64,000 bases of DNA, taken from positions 23,211 through 87,210 of the forward strand of contig JAFZOL010000039.1 in assembly GCA_017550625.1 (NCBI GenBank). Direction: 5' to 3'. The position numbers and the translations under genes were made by a program. The notes beneath the pieces were generated by a model. It ran no database searches, was not told where the DNA came from, and saw only the letters and a program-made list of their open reading frames with translations. Shown here piece after piece: positions 54,195-63,531 of the stretch; within the stretch, counting starts at the first letter, position 1, and each line of letters opens with the position of its first letter. This DNA is from Clostridia bacterium (lineage in GTDB: Bacteria > Bacillota > Clostridia > Oscillospirales > Acutalibacteraceae).

Positions 54195-57100
54195 TCAGCC
54201 GAACAGGTGTTGGAAGAAATAGATGATGCGGTGGAAGAAGCCGATGATCGCCCCGAAGAAGCCGGTGTGCACCTCGCCGCAGAGCTTGCAGCGGTCCGGG
54301 CCCCTGAGGTCGGCGCTGCATCTGTCGCAATAGCCGTCGCCGTTATTGTCGGCGTGGCCGAGCGGCTCGGTGAACGTCATATCAGTGTCGCCGCAAGTTT
54401 CACAGGTCCTGACCGTCCAGCCGTTCGTGGTGCAGGTCGGATCGTTGTGGTCGGTCACTACGTACCGGTGCGCTGTTTTCGGCACCGTGCGCAGCTCCGT
54501 GAAGCGCTGATCGCAGTATTTGCAGAAGTCACCCTCAAGGCCCGTCGCGGTGCAGGAAGGCTCCTGTACGGTGCGGGTCTCGAACTCGTGCTCGCCGGTC
54601 GCCGGCAGGATCACGTGACGGTAATAGCTGCAATATCTACAGCGGATATCGTAGCTGCCGTCATCCACGCAGGTCGGTTCGAACCGGTTATTCTCATACA
54701 GAGAGTGTTCCTTTATCGGAATGATCTCTTCGGGCCCGAGCCGCGCGCCGCAAACGGAGCAGATCTGCACCTTTCTGCCCTCGTTATTGCAGGTGGCACC
54801 TCTGACGGTATAGGTCTCCGAAGACGGATGCGCGCAGGGCTCGCCGAACGCGGGCATGCCGTTTTCATCTGTCGTCCACGAAAGAGCCGGGGCGTCGGGA
54901 ACGGAATAAAACTTGTTGAAGTTCTTAAGATAGATGCCGTTCAGATACTCCAGAACGGTCCAGCCGGACGAGGTCGTCAGGGTCGTATCGAAGCTGCTCA
55001 CGCTGCTGAGCTGGCAATAGCCCTCGGTTATGATCCCCTGCGAACAGGAGGTGTCGAGCCAGAACACGTCCTGGCACGTCGCCTGCCGGAACCTGCCGAT
55101 CGCGCAGGCTGTTTGCGTGGCGGAGACGCTGCCGTAGCTGACGCACCTGTAAAGCGCGAAGGTGTTTGCGTTGTGAAAACTGTTGACGGCAGCGATGCCG
55201 GAAGCGCACGCGTTAACGGAGCCCGAACCGCCCGCCGTGATCTCACCCGCATTCAGGCAGTTATATACCCTGCCTTCGCAGGATGTGACGACGCCGGCGA
55301 GGGAGACGACCATCGTGCTGCTGTAAACATAGGATGGCTTCTCCGCAACGCGGCCGTAGTTGATGCAGTTCGCGATCACGCCGTCCTCGTTCCGGTTGCC
55401 GACGCACACGCCCGCGAGGTACCACACGCCTTCGATCGTGCCGTAGTTCACGCAGAGGTTCACAACGCCCGTGTTGCCGCCGACCACGCCGGCCGCGCAG
55501 GCGTATTTCGAATCGATCGCCATCCGGTTCACACAGCGCAGCACCTTGCCGTCGCTGCGCGCTACGACCCCGGCGTAGTATTTTTGCGAGCTGCCGGATC
55601 GAGACAGCTGTCTGAGCGTGCCGCCCGCGATCTCACAGTCCTGCACGGTGCCGCCCACGAGCAGCCGCGCGCACAGCGCCGCTGCCTCATAGTCGGAGTT
55701 GAGCGAAAGATTGACGTTATCGAGCACCGTGTTCTGGATCACGCCGCCGCCCGCCAAGACGCCGAAGAGACCGAACACGCTTTGGTTCGCGTTCGAGTAA
55801 TCGGTCGCCGTAAGGCCGCTGACGGTGTGGTTCTGTCCGTCGAAAACGCCGCGGAAAAACTGAGGCGCAGTGGAGGCGGAAATCGGCTCCCACGTGGAGA
55901 AGCCCGAAATATCGATATCGTTTTCGAGCAGCACCGTGCGCCCCGCGAAGTCGTCGATGCCGCGGTTGACGAGGCGCGCGAGCTCGTGCAGCTCTTCGGG
56001 CGTGCGGATGCGCAGCGGGGAGCCCGTTTTCGAATACCAGGCCCCGGCCGCGAGCACGTGGACCGTGAGTTCGGCGGTCTTACCGCCCGCCGCGGCGGTC
56101 ACGACCGTGTCGCCCTCGTTAAGCGCCGTGAGCACGCCGTCGGGGCCGACCGTTGCCACCGTCGGGTCGGAGGAGGTCCACGTCACGTCCGCGTTCCCGT
56201 TCATGTTCAGCGGCAGCGAAAGGCTCTCGCCCACGATGGCGCCGACGGCTTCCGTTTCGAACCAGAGGAAGAAGTCGTCCGACTCGAAGACCCCCTCGAG
56301 CGGGATGGGCATGTCGTTTTCGACGCCCCAGAGGTAGCAGACGTCACCCTTCAGGCCGTTATACCGGAACGCGTAAGCGTTCAGTTTGTCCGTAAGCAGC
56401 TCGCCCTCTGCGGTGAGCAATGCGTCGTCGAAGTTCGTGACCTCGGGATTGTTCGCCTTCTGCGGAGCGTCGCCCTGAATTGCCTGACTTGCAAAGCGGA
56501 GGCTGTAGGCGCCGGTCCTGTCCCAGCAGTTTTCATAGAGCGTATAGCCCGAGGTGTGCGCCATGGAATAGCGCGCGCGCCCGTAGCTGACGCAGTTGAT
56601 CATGGCGGAGATGTTGTCGATATCAAGGGGATGCTCCTGCTCCGGCTCGTCCTCGCCGTCGCCGTCGCCGCCGTCGTCGTCCGCCGCCTCGGCCGTGTAG
56701 GTCACCATGTCGACATCCCAGTTGGAGATGAGGCACACGAGACCTGCCGACACCACGCTGTCAACGTCGCCGAGGTTCACGCAGTTGATGAACTGCGAGC
56801 CGTAAACGCTCAACGCGGCAATACCGCCCGCGAAGACGCCGCTGCCGGTGACGTGGGCGGCGTTGACGCAGTTCGAGACCGTGCAGGTGTAGGCGCTGGC
56901 CGCAATGCCGCCGACGTCGTTCAGACGGCACTCGACCGTGCCGCTCACACGGCAGTCGTCGATCACGGTCTCCTGCGCGAGGGCGCAGATGCCGGAAATG
57001 ACCGACATGCCGGAGATGTCCGCGTCCACGAGGCGAACGCCGCGGATCTCGGAGCGGTAGGCGGAGGCGAACAGGCCGTAATACCGGCCGTCGCCGTGAT

Positions 57101-59210
57101 AAAGCTCTTCATAGCGCGTTGTCAGGCCCACGATCGGCACGCGGTTGGCGTTGAAGCTGCCCCGGAAGATCCTGCCCGGATCGGCGAGCGCAAGCCCGAT
57201 GGGGATCCAGCTGTAGCCGGAGAGATCGATGGCGGGCGTGCCTTCGGGGATCGTGATCGTTTTGCCCTCGAAGCTTTCGAGATAATAGTTGCTCACGATC
57301 GAGAATTCATAAAGCTCGCGGGCGTTCGTGATCGTGAGATCCGTCGCGTCGGGCGAATACCAGTCGCCGATCTCGCGCACCGTGACGTGCACCTCGGCGG
57401 TCGCCTCGTTCGGCGTGCCCTCGGCAGCCTTGAGCGTTATAGTCGCCGTGCCGAGCGCAATAGGCTCGAGAACGCCGTCCGTGCCGACGCGCGCGACGGT
57501 CTCGTTATCGGATGAATAAGAAACGGTGAAGCCGTGGCTGACTCGGTGGGGGATCAGGAGACGCACGCCGAGATAAGCGTCCACCTCGGGATAGAGCGCC
57601 GTGACGGTGACGGGCGAAACGCGCACCTCGCACGTGTCGGTAAAGCCGCCTGCCGCCGCCGTGATCACGGCCGTGCCGGACGTGTGCGCCGTGAGCGTGC
57701 CGTCGGCAGCGACCGAAACGACGCCGGGCGCGGAGGACGTGAACGTCACCGCCGCCGCGGACGCCGCGGTCAGGAGGTATGTCTGCCCGGGATACATCTC
57801 GAGCTCCGTTTCGCCGAGAGCGAGCTCCGTCAGTCCCGTGGCCGGGATATTGGAGGCGCACAGCAGGTTGCCGATATAGCGCGGCGTGGAGAGTGGCTTC
57901 GCCGCAGCCTGCAAAATGCGCAGCACCGCGTCGCAGGTATAGCCCGGGTACAGCGATTTCAGGCAAGCCGCCACGGCCGCTACGTGCGGAGAAGCCATCG
58001 AGGTGCCGTTGAGCTGCTTGTAATCCTGGCCGTCCGCCGCAGAAGCGGGCACAGCGGACAGGATACCGACGCCGGGCGCGGCGATATCCACCGCGTCGCC
58101 GAAGTTCGAGAAGCTCGCGCGCTTGTTCTGATTGTCCGTCGCGCCCACCGTGATGGCGGACGCCACGTTCGCCGGCGAAAAGCTGCCGGCGTCTCTCTGG
58201 TTGTTGCCCGCGGCCACGCACACCACGACCCCGGCGGCCGTCGCATCGTTGATCGCTTCCTCATAAATCGGGTTGACGCCCTCGCCGCCGAGCGAGAGGT
58301 TCATAACGTCCGCGCCCTGTTCGATGGCGTAGCGGATGCCGAGGAAGACCGTGGAATCCGTGCCGAAGCCGCTTTGGGTCAGCACCTTCACGGGCAGGAT
58401 TTTCACGGTGTCGGGCGTGCCGTCGACCACGGTGCCCGCCACGTGCGTGCCGTGATAGTGGTCGTCGGTGGCGTCGTCGTCGTTATTGGCAAAGTCGTAA
58501 TCGTCATCCGTCAGCACGCGCGACGCGAGGAAAGGATGCGTGAGAAGCACGCCGGTGTCGATCACCGCGACCGTGACGTCGTGAAGCGGCAGGTCGCCGA
58601 GATAGCCGAGGAACGAGTCGATCCCGACGTAGCTCTCACCGTAGCCCCACGAAAGGTGGGATGTTGTTTGTGCGGCTTCACACGTGCTCACAACGCGGTC
58701 GGGCGCGACGTATACGACGCCGGGCTGTGTTTCAAGCGCCTCTTCGGCGGCGCGGGCGGCGTTTTCGGTCGCATATTGAAGGAGCGTAAGACCGTGATAG
58801 CCCGAAACGCGCGCAATAGCGCCGTGATCGTCGGTCACTTCGCCCTTGACGATGAGGCGGCGCGTCTGATAAGGCCTCGAGAGCACCACGCCCTCGCGCC
58901 CTTCGGTGACCGTGTAGCCCTCGTCCTCAAACGCGCTGAGCGCCGCCCGGTCGACGGTCCCGACGGCGGCATTCACCGAGCCGATCGAGTGAGAGCCGTT
59001 GAGCTCCTCATACGTGACGACGCGGTCGGGTTCGAGCTCGCCGTCGTAGGTCTTTTGCATATCATAGACGAGCGATGCGAACGACATGAGTGAAAGCCCG
59101 TCTTCAGGCTGCGCCTTCGCACGCCCGGCGACGGCTTCGGCGCCCGGCGACATGACTCCGACGAGAAGCAGCAGGGAAAGGATCATGCTGAAAAGCTTGC
59201 GGCGTTTCAT
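54195..59210 (-). CDS. giant secreted subtilisin-like (S8) serine protease with Ig-like (Big_2-type) domains, duplicated GLUG-like beta-helix modules, Cys-rich C-x9-11-CxxC modules and a hydrophobic C-terminal tail
   Basis: ATG at 59210. Signal peptide MKRRKLFSMILSLLLLVGVMSPGAEA. Catalytic triad motifs VAVIDTGV, HGTHVAGT, GTSMASPHVA. Ig-like domains (FTSSAPGVVSVAADGTLTAHTSGTAVITAAAG and others). Repeats of the type C[VIL]N.G.[VI] with GGIAA. Six CxxC modules in the last ~250 aa. Tail GFFGAIIGFFHRIIYFFQHLFG. Confidence 0.88.
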   Translation of the reverse strand: MKRRKLFSMILSLLLLVGVMSPGAEAVAGRAKAQPEDGLSLMSFASLVYDMQKTYDGELEPDRVVTYEELNGSHSIGSVNAAVGTVDRAALSAFEDEGYTVTEGREGVVLSRPYQTRRLIVKGEVTDDHGAIARVSGYHGLTLLQYATENAARAAEEALETQPGVVYVAPDRVVSTCEAAQTTSHLSWGYGESYVGIDSFLGYLGDLPLHDVTVAVIDTGVLLTHPFLASRVLTDDDYDFANNDDDATDDHYHGTHVAGTVVDGTPDTVKILPVKVLTQSGFGTDSTVFLGIRYAIEQGADVMNLSLGGEGVNPIYEEAINDATAAGVVVCVAAGNNQRDAGSFSPANVASAITVGATDNQNKRASFSNFGDAVDIAAPGVGILSAVPASAADGQDYKQLNGTSMASPHVAAVAACLKSLYPGYTCDAVLRILQAAAKPLSTPRYIGNLLCASNIPATGLTELALGETELEMYPGQTYLLTAASAAAVTFTSSAPGVVSVAADGTLTAHTSGTAVITAAAGGFTDTCEVRVSPVTVTALYPEVDAYLGVRLLIPHRVSHGFTVSYSSDNETVARVGTDGVLEPIALGTATITLKAAEGTPNEATAEVHVTVREIGDWYSPDATDLTITNARELYEFSIVSNYYLESFEGKTITIPEGTPAIDLSGYSWIPIGLALADPGRIFRGSFNANRVPIVGLTTRYEELYHGDGRYYGLFASAYRSEIRGVRLVDADISGMSVISGICALAQETVIDDCRVSGTVECRLNDVGGIAASAYTCTVSNCVNAAHVTGSGVFAGGIAALSVYGSQFINCVNLGDVDSVVSAGLVCLISNWDVDMVTYTAEAADDDGGDGDGEDEPEQEHPLDIDNISAMINCVSYGRARYSMAHTSGYTLYENCWDRTGAYSLRFASQAIQGDAPQKANNPEVTNFDDALLTAEGELLTDKLNAYAFRYNGLKGDVCYLWGVENDMPIPLEGVFESDDFFLWFETEAVGAIVGESLSLPLNMNGNADVTWTSSDPTVATVGPDGVLTALNEGDTVVTAAAGGKTAELTVHVLAAGAWYSKTGSPLRIRTPEELHELARLVNRGIDDFAGRTVLLENDIDISGFSTWEPISASTAPQFFRGVFDGQNHTVSGLTATDYSNANQSVFGLFGVLAGGGVIQNTVLDNVNLSLNSDYEAAALCARLLVGGTVQDCEIAGGTLRQLSRSGSSQKYYAGVVARSDGKVLRCVNRMAIDSKYACAAGVVGGNTGVVNLCVNYGTIEGVWYLAGVCVGNRNEDGVIANCINYGRVAEKPSYVYSSTMVVSLAGVVTSCEGRVYNCLNAGEITAGGSGSVNACASGIAAVNSFHNANTFALYRCVSYGSVSATQTACAIGRFRQATCQDVFWLDTSCSQGIITEGYCQLSSVSSFDTTLTTSSGWTVLEYLNGIYLKNFNKFYSVPDAPALSWTTDENGMPAFGEPCAHPSSETYTVRGATCNNEGRKVQICSVCGARLGPEEIIPIKEHSLYENNRFEPTCVDDGSYDIRCRYCSYYRHVILPATGEHEFETRTVQEPSCTATGLEGDFCKYCDQRFTELRTVPKTAHRYVVTDHNDPTCTTNGWTVRTCETCGDTDMTFTEPLGHADNNGDGYCDRCSADLRGPDRCKLCGEVHTGFFGAIIGFFHRIIYFFQHLFG

Positions 59211-59249
59211 AGGGATTCCTCCGGTTTTTTGGTGCATTTTACCAGTCTT

Positions 59250-59278
59250 ATTATATAGAAAGCGTGTAATTTTGTCAA
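59250..59278 (-). promoter_or_regulatory. consensus sigma-A promoter of the S8 protease gene
   Basis: Minus strand TTGACA-17 nt-TATAAT. Confidence 0.7.
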
Positions 59279-59302
59279 GTTGTATTTATCTGAAGCGGTC
59301 GC

Positions 59303-59331
59303 TTGCTTTCCCGCGGGGGACGTGGTAGAAT
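59303..59331 (+). promoter_or_regulatory. sigma-A-type promoter (extended -10) of the M48-like gene
   Basis: TTGCTT-17 nt (ending TGG)-TAGAAT. Confidence 0.55.
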
Positions 59332-59363
59332 TGGAGAAAAAGCGGCGGAAGGAGGAAAGACGG

Positions 59364-59918
59364 TTGGAGTATGAAGTGATCAGGAGCAATCGGAAGACGA
59401 CGGCGCTGCAGATCAAAGACGGAAAGCTCATCGTGCGCGCACCGTTCAGGGCGAGCGACGCCCAAATACAGCGCTTCGTGGAGAATAACCGGCGCTGGAT
59501 CGAAACGCACCTCGAAAAGGCCGCGGCACGGGCGAAGGCCGCCGAAAACGTGCCGAAGCTGACGCCCGACGAGATCGCCGCACTCGCGAAGAAAGCCGCC
59601 GAGACGATCCCGCAGCGGGTGGCGTTTTACGCGGCGAAGGTGGGCGTGACCTACGGCAGGATCACGATCCGCAAACAGAGATCGCGCTGGGGCAGCTGCA
59701 GCGCAAAGGGCAACCTCAATTTCAACTGCCTGCTCATGCTCGCGCCCCCGGAGGTGCTCGACGGCGTGATCGTGCACGAGCTGTGCCACCGGAAGGAAAT
59801 GAACCACTCGGCGCGGTTCTACGCCGAGGTGCGGCGGGTACTGCCGGACTACGACGCGCGAAACAAATGGCTCAAAGAGAACGGCGAGACACTGATGGCA
59901 AGGCTCGGAGAAAAGTGA
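59364..59918 (+). CDS. YgjP/DUF45-like (M48/SprT-type) zinc metallopeptidase
   Basis: HELCHRKEMNHSARF is the HExxH motif. N-terminal EVIRSNRKTTALQIKDGKLIVRAPF fits the YgjP layout. TTG start at 59364 lies 7-8 nt after GGAAGGAGGAAAG. Confidence 0.8.
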   Translation: MEYEVIRSNRKTTALQIKDGKLIVRAPFRASDAQIQRFVENNRRWIETHLEKAAARAKAAENVPKLTPDEIAALAKKAAETIPQRVAFYAAKVGVTYGRITIRKQRSRWGSCSAKGNLNFNCLLMLAPPEVLDGVIVHELCHRKEMNHSARFYAEVRRVLPDYDARNKWLKENGETLMARLGEK

Positions 59919-59920
59919 GA

Positions 59921-59996
59921 TCCGTCCTTCGGACGGGTGAAATCGCCTGCGGCGGTGAAATCCCCGAGGGGTGAAATCCGCCTGCGGCGGGTGAAG
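59921..59996 (+). repeat. array of four short stem-loops, each followed by GTGAA(A/G)
   Basis: TCCGTCC-TTCG-GACGG GTGAAA / TCGCC-TGCG-GCG GTGAAA / TCCCC-GAG-GGG TGAAA / TCCGCC-TGCG-GCGG GTGAAG. It lies directly after the stop codon at 59916-59918. Confidence 0.8.
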
Positions 59997-60006
59997 AAAG
60001 AAAAAT

Positions 60007-60046
60007 ACGGACGATCCTAATTGAACAAGGGTCGTCCGTTTTTTTA
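60007..60046. terminator. bidirectional intrinsic terminator
   Basis: ACGGACGATCC-N11-GGGTCGTCCGT followed by T7, with an A5 run upstream. Confidence 0.8.
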
Positions 60047-60060
60047 TCGGAGAAGGTCGG

Positions 60061-60876
60061 TTATAGTTCGCCGTCGAGCCAGCGAAGGATGGCGGGGGCG
60101 TTCGTGAAGTCGCCGGTGAGGGCGTCGGCCCCGGCTTTGACGAGCCGGGCGCGCTTGACGGGGTTTACGCCGCGGCGCGTTTCTTCGTCCGTGGCGGCGC
60201 CGAGGGTGTAGGCGCCGCACTGCCGCCCGAGGCCGATCTCGACCTTGCCGTCGCCCGCCACAAGCAGCTCGCTGCCGGTGAAATTCTTTTCGGAGAACAG
60301 GGCTTTCAGCACCGCCTCTTTCGAGCAGGAAGCCTTACGCGCGGGCGCGCCGCGGATCTCGGTGAAATAGGGCGCCGCGCCGAGGACCTCGGCCTCGCGC
60401 AGGACGTCCGCGTGGTCGGTGCCGCTGGCGAGATACAGATCGATCCCGCGATCTTTAAGCGCGGCAAGGAACGCCAGAGAGCCCGCGACGAGGTAATCCT
60501 CGGGGTCGGCGCTCCCCTCTTCGAGGGCGCGCTTTTTGGCGTCGACACTGAGCATCAGGCGGCGGTTATATTCGTCCTTATAAAACCACGGGTCGCGGGA
60601 AACGCCGGTCAGCTCCTCAACGCGGGCAGCGAGCCACTGCATCTGGTAGACGGTCTGGATGCCGGTGGATTCGTCGATATAGCGGCGCACCTCTTCGGCG
60701 AGCGCGGCGTCCGGCGCTTTGCCCGGGGAGAGAAATTCGAGCATCATGGGGCCCATCACGCCCTCCCAGCCGCAGCGCAGGGTGGAAACCGTGCCGTCGA
60801 AATCGAACACGGCGGCGCGCACCGTGCCGCGCGGGACGCGATCCGGGTTCAGGATCTCGAAGGCGGGGCAGGTCAT
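60061..60876 (-). CDS. HAD-superfamily hydrolase (sugar-phosphate phosphatase candidate)
   Basis: AAVFDFDGTVS (DxDGT motif I), LASGTD, and GDGKVE near the C-terminus. The start overlaps the upstream kinase stop (ATGA). Confidence 0.8.
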   Translation of the reverse strand: MTCPAFEILNPDRVPRGTVRAAVFDFDGTVSTLRCGWEGVMGPMMLEFLSPGKAPDAALAEEVRRYIDESTGIQTVYQMQWLAARVEELTGVSRDPWFYKDEYNRRLMLSVDAKKRALEEGSADPEDYLVAGSLAFLAALKDRGIDLYLASGTDHADVLREAEVLGAAPYFTEIRGAPARKASCSKEAVLKALFSEKNFTGSELLVAGDGKVEIGLGRQCGAYTLGAATDEETRRGVNPVKRARLVKAGADALTGDFTNAPAILRWLDGEL

Positions 60877-61877
60877 TGTTCCCCCTCCCCGAAGCTCCGG
60901 TCGAACGCGCGCAGGATCTCGTCCGGCGACGCCGTGCCGGTGGCGCCGATCTTTTTGATTGTGACGGAAGAAGCGAGGTTCGCGAACGCGAGCGCCGTTT
61001 CGCCCGGCACGCCGGCGGCGTAGGCTGCCGCGAAGGCGGACAGGAACGTGTCGCCCGCGCCGACGATATCGACGGGCGGGGCGGTTTTAACGGCGGGCAC
61101 GCGCACGGCTTTGCCGTTTTCGCACCACACCGCCCCGCGTTCGCCGAGGGTGACAACGGCGGGCGCGCCGCTGCGGGCGGAGAGGGCCTTGGCCACGTCT
61201 TCGGGCGAACCGGAGAACCCGGGCAGCGCGGCGGCTGCCTCGCCCTCGTTCGGCTTGACGATCACGTGCCGGAACAGGGAAATATGGTCGTGGCTGTCGA
61301 CGACAACGGGCTTCGTTTTGCCGATTTCGGCGAGCGCATCAATGACGGCGGGCGACACCGCGCCGAACGATGTCTGGTCGCAGACCGCTACGACGTCGGC
61401 GCGTCCGGCGGCCGACCGGAGCGCGGACAGGATGCGGCGTTCGGCGGTCTCATCCGGGAAAGAGGTATTCTCGAAATCGAGACGCGGGGCCTCGTAGACC
61501 ACGTCGGAGTGCCCGTGCAGCATGGGCTTGCAGTAGCAGGGCGTGACGCGGTTTTCGTCCGTGACCACGCCCGAGAGATCCAGACCGAGCTCGGAGAGCA
61601 GGTTTTTCGTGATCGCACCGCGCCAGTCGCTGCCGAGGACGGTCACGGGCAGGACCGCGCCGACTTTCAGAGCGGCGAGGTTCGCCAGCACGTTTCCGCC
61701 GCCGCCGAGCGAATAGGTCTCTTTGCGCACGGGATACGGGTAATGCGGCGTCTCGTTCGACAGGCGGCTAAAGCGCATGTCGGCGTGCCAATAGGCGTCG
61801 AGGCACACGTCGCCGACCACGCAGACCGTGACGGAGCCGATTCTGTTGAGGATATCGGTGAGTTCGTTTCTGTCCAT
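60873..61877 (-). CDS. PfkB-family sugar(-phosphate) kinase, RfaE/HldE domain-I-like
   Basis: VCVVGDVCLDAYW...R.S.E.P...E..SLGGGGNVLANLAAL and DIVGAGDTFLSAF. Confidence 0.8.
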   Translation of the reverse strand: MDRNELTDILNRIGSVTVCVVGDVCLDAYWHADMRFSRLSNETPHYPYPVRKETYSLGGGGNVLANLAALKVGAVLPVTVLGSDWRGAITKNLLSELGLDLSGVVTDENRVTPCYCKPMLHGHSDVVYEAPRLDFENTSFPDETAERRILSALRSAAGRADVVAVCDQTSFGAVSPAVIDALAEIGKTKPVVVDSHDHISLFRHVIVKPNEGEAAAALPGFSGSPEDVAKALSARSGAPAVVTLGERGAVWCENGKAVRVPAVKTAPPVDIVGAGDTFLSAFAAAYAAGVPGETALAFANLASSVTIKKIGATGTASPDEILRAFDRSFGEGEQ

Positions 61878-61881
61878 GCGT

Positions 61882-62847
61882 TTACGCCTCCTCGGTAAGT
61901 CCGCGCAGGAGCGACGGCAGCGTTTCGAGATGGTTGCCGCAGATATAAAGCCCCGTGCCGCCGAGCGACGCCGGGCGGTTGATGACGTTTTTGCGCGGGC
62001 GGTAGTAGTATTCGTAGGTATCCTTGCCGACGTCCGATCTATAGTCCCCGAGGGGGATGATATCGAAGTTCGCGGTGGTGATGTTTTTGAGCATACGGCC
62101 CTGGTTGCGCGCGATCGAGAGGGCTTTGAGGAAGACCTCGGCCCCCGTGACCGCCGAGCCGACGTTCATGTGCACGCCCCTGGGATCGAGGGTGGTGATC
62201 GCATGGCAGAAGGCTTTGAAATCCCTGCCGCTCGCGCCGCCGATCGCGGCGAAATCCGCCTTCGGGTGCTGGTGGATGATGTCGGTGCCGATCGTGACGT
62301 GATAGGTCGCCGGCACGCCGAGTTTGTAGGCGCGGTAGAATACGCAGTCGTCGCGGTAGGGGAAGCGGTCGGGGCGGCGGTCCACGTAGTCGACGAGGCT
62401 CGCGCCGTAGCCGAGGCCGCGGGCATAGCCCTCGGCGATCGCCTCGTTCATCCACGCGCCGGTCTCTTCCCACATGCCGAAGGAGCCGTCCTCGATCGCG
62501 GTGGGCACGTGCTCGCTCGTGCCGCCGAGGTACGCCAGCTCAAAGTCATGGATCGAGCCCGCGCCGTTCGACGCCAGATGCGTGACGAAGCCGTCTTCGA
62601 TCAGGCGGATGAGATAGCGCGACAGGCCGCATTTTATAACGTGCGCGCCGTAGAACAGCGTCACGCCGCAGCCCGCTTCGCGGGCGGCTTTGATATTGCG
62701 GATCAGGATATCCATCTCTTCGCTGTGAAAGAGGTCGTCGTTCGCCGCGTCGGGGGTGCGCAGATTCTCCACCGTGACCAGATTGTGCCGGCCGCGGGCG
62801 GAAAAGGTTTTGTTTTTCGTAAGGTCGATCTCGGGCGGGATCAGCAT
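61882..62847 (-). CDS. deoxyhypusine-synthase-like (DHS-fold) protein of unknown function
   Basis: ATG at 62847 after AAAAGGAG. TLFYGAHVIKCGLSRYLIRLIEDGFVTHLASNGAGSIHDFELAYLG resembles the DHS block [51 protein letters not shown] recalled from eukaryotic DHS. The family call is tentative. Confidence 0.5.
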   Translation of the reverse strand: MLIPPEIDLTKNKTFSARGRHNLVTVENLRTPDAANDDLFHSEEMDILIRNIKAAREAGCGVTLFYGAHVIKCGLSRYLIRLIEDGFVTHLASNGAGSIHDFELAYLGGTSEHVPTAIEDGSFGMWEETGAWMNEAIAEGYARGLGYGASLVDYVDRRPDRFPYRDDCVFYRAYKLGVPATYHVTIGTDIIHQHPKADFAAIGGASGRDFKAFCHAITTLDPRGVHMNVGSAVTGAEVFLKALSIARNQGRMLKNITTANFDIIPLGDYRSDVGKDTYEYYYRPRKNVINRPASLGGTGLYICGNHLETLPSLLRGLTEEA

Positions 62848-62861
62848 AAGGCGGCTCCTTT

Positions 62862-63497
62862 TCATGCGCCGAAGAACCGGTCTTCGAGCGCTTGGCACAA
62901 AAAGTGATAAACGGGGAGCGTGAACTCCTGCACGTCCTTCGTTTCGCGGGCGGGGAGCTTGATAGTGACGTCGCAGAAGGGGTCGACCGCGCCGGGAGCC
63001 TCGCCCGTGATCGCGATCACCCTGAGCCCGCGCGCCTTCGCGGCCTCGGCGGCGAGCACCACGTTTTCGGAATTGCCGGAGGTGGTGAGCGCCAGCAGCA
63101 CGTCGCCGGGCCTGCCGTAGCCGTAAACCTGCTGGGCGAATACGAGGGCGGGGGAAACGTCGTTGACGAACGCGGAGATCAGCGACGTCTGGCTCACGAG
63201 AGAGATCGCGGGCAGCGCGCCCTGCAGCTTGCCGGCGAGCAGGTCCCCGTGCGGGAAACCGGCGAAAGAGGCGCGATCATCTTCGGGCAGGGGGCGCTTT
63301 TGCGTGAAGCCCTTCATGAGCTCGCCGACGATATGCTCGCAGTCCGCGGCGGAGCCGCCGTTGCCGCAAAGCAGCGCCTTGCCGCCGCCGAGATACGCCC
63401 CTTCGAGCACGGCGAAGGCGGCAGAGAGCCCCTCCCCCGCCCCGGCAAGGCAGGGGTATTTGAGAAGAAATGCGGATAAACGTGCCTGAAACGTCAC
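62862..63497 (-). CDS. gmhA: SIS-domain phosphoheptose isomerase (GmhA-like)
   Basis: LLCGNGGSAADCEHIVGEL, ISLVSQTSLISAFVND, LLALTTSGNSENVVLA, VIAITG. GTG start at 63497. The track start at 63560 is the TTG of the -35 box. Confidence 0.8.
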   Translation of the reverse strand: MTFQARLSAFLLKYPCLAGAGEGLSAAFAVLEGAYLGGGKALLCGNGGSAADCEHIVGELMKGFTQKRPLPEDDRASFAGFPHGDLLAGKLQGALPAISLVSQTSLISAFVNDVSPALVFAQQVYGYGRPGDVLLALTTSGNSENVVLAAEAAKARGLRVIAITGEAPGAVDPFCDVTIKLPARETKDVQEFTLPVYHFLCQALEDRFFGA

Positions 63498-63531
63498 GGC
63501 GATCACCCCGGTATGCGTTTTTTCTGTTTCT

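Noticed and set aside
54144-57515. 1123-aa plus-strand ORF
   Set aside because: It is antisense to the S8 protease gene, which has an unambiguous catalytic triad and signal peptide. It has the same spurious composition.
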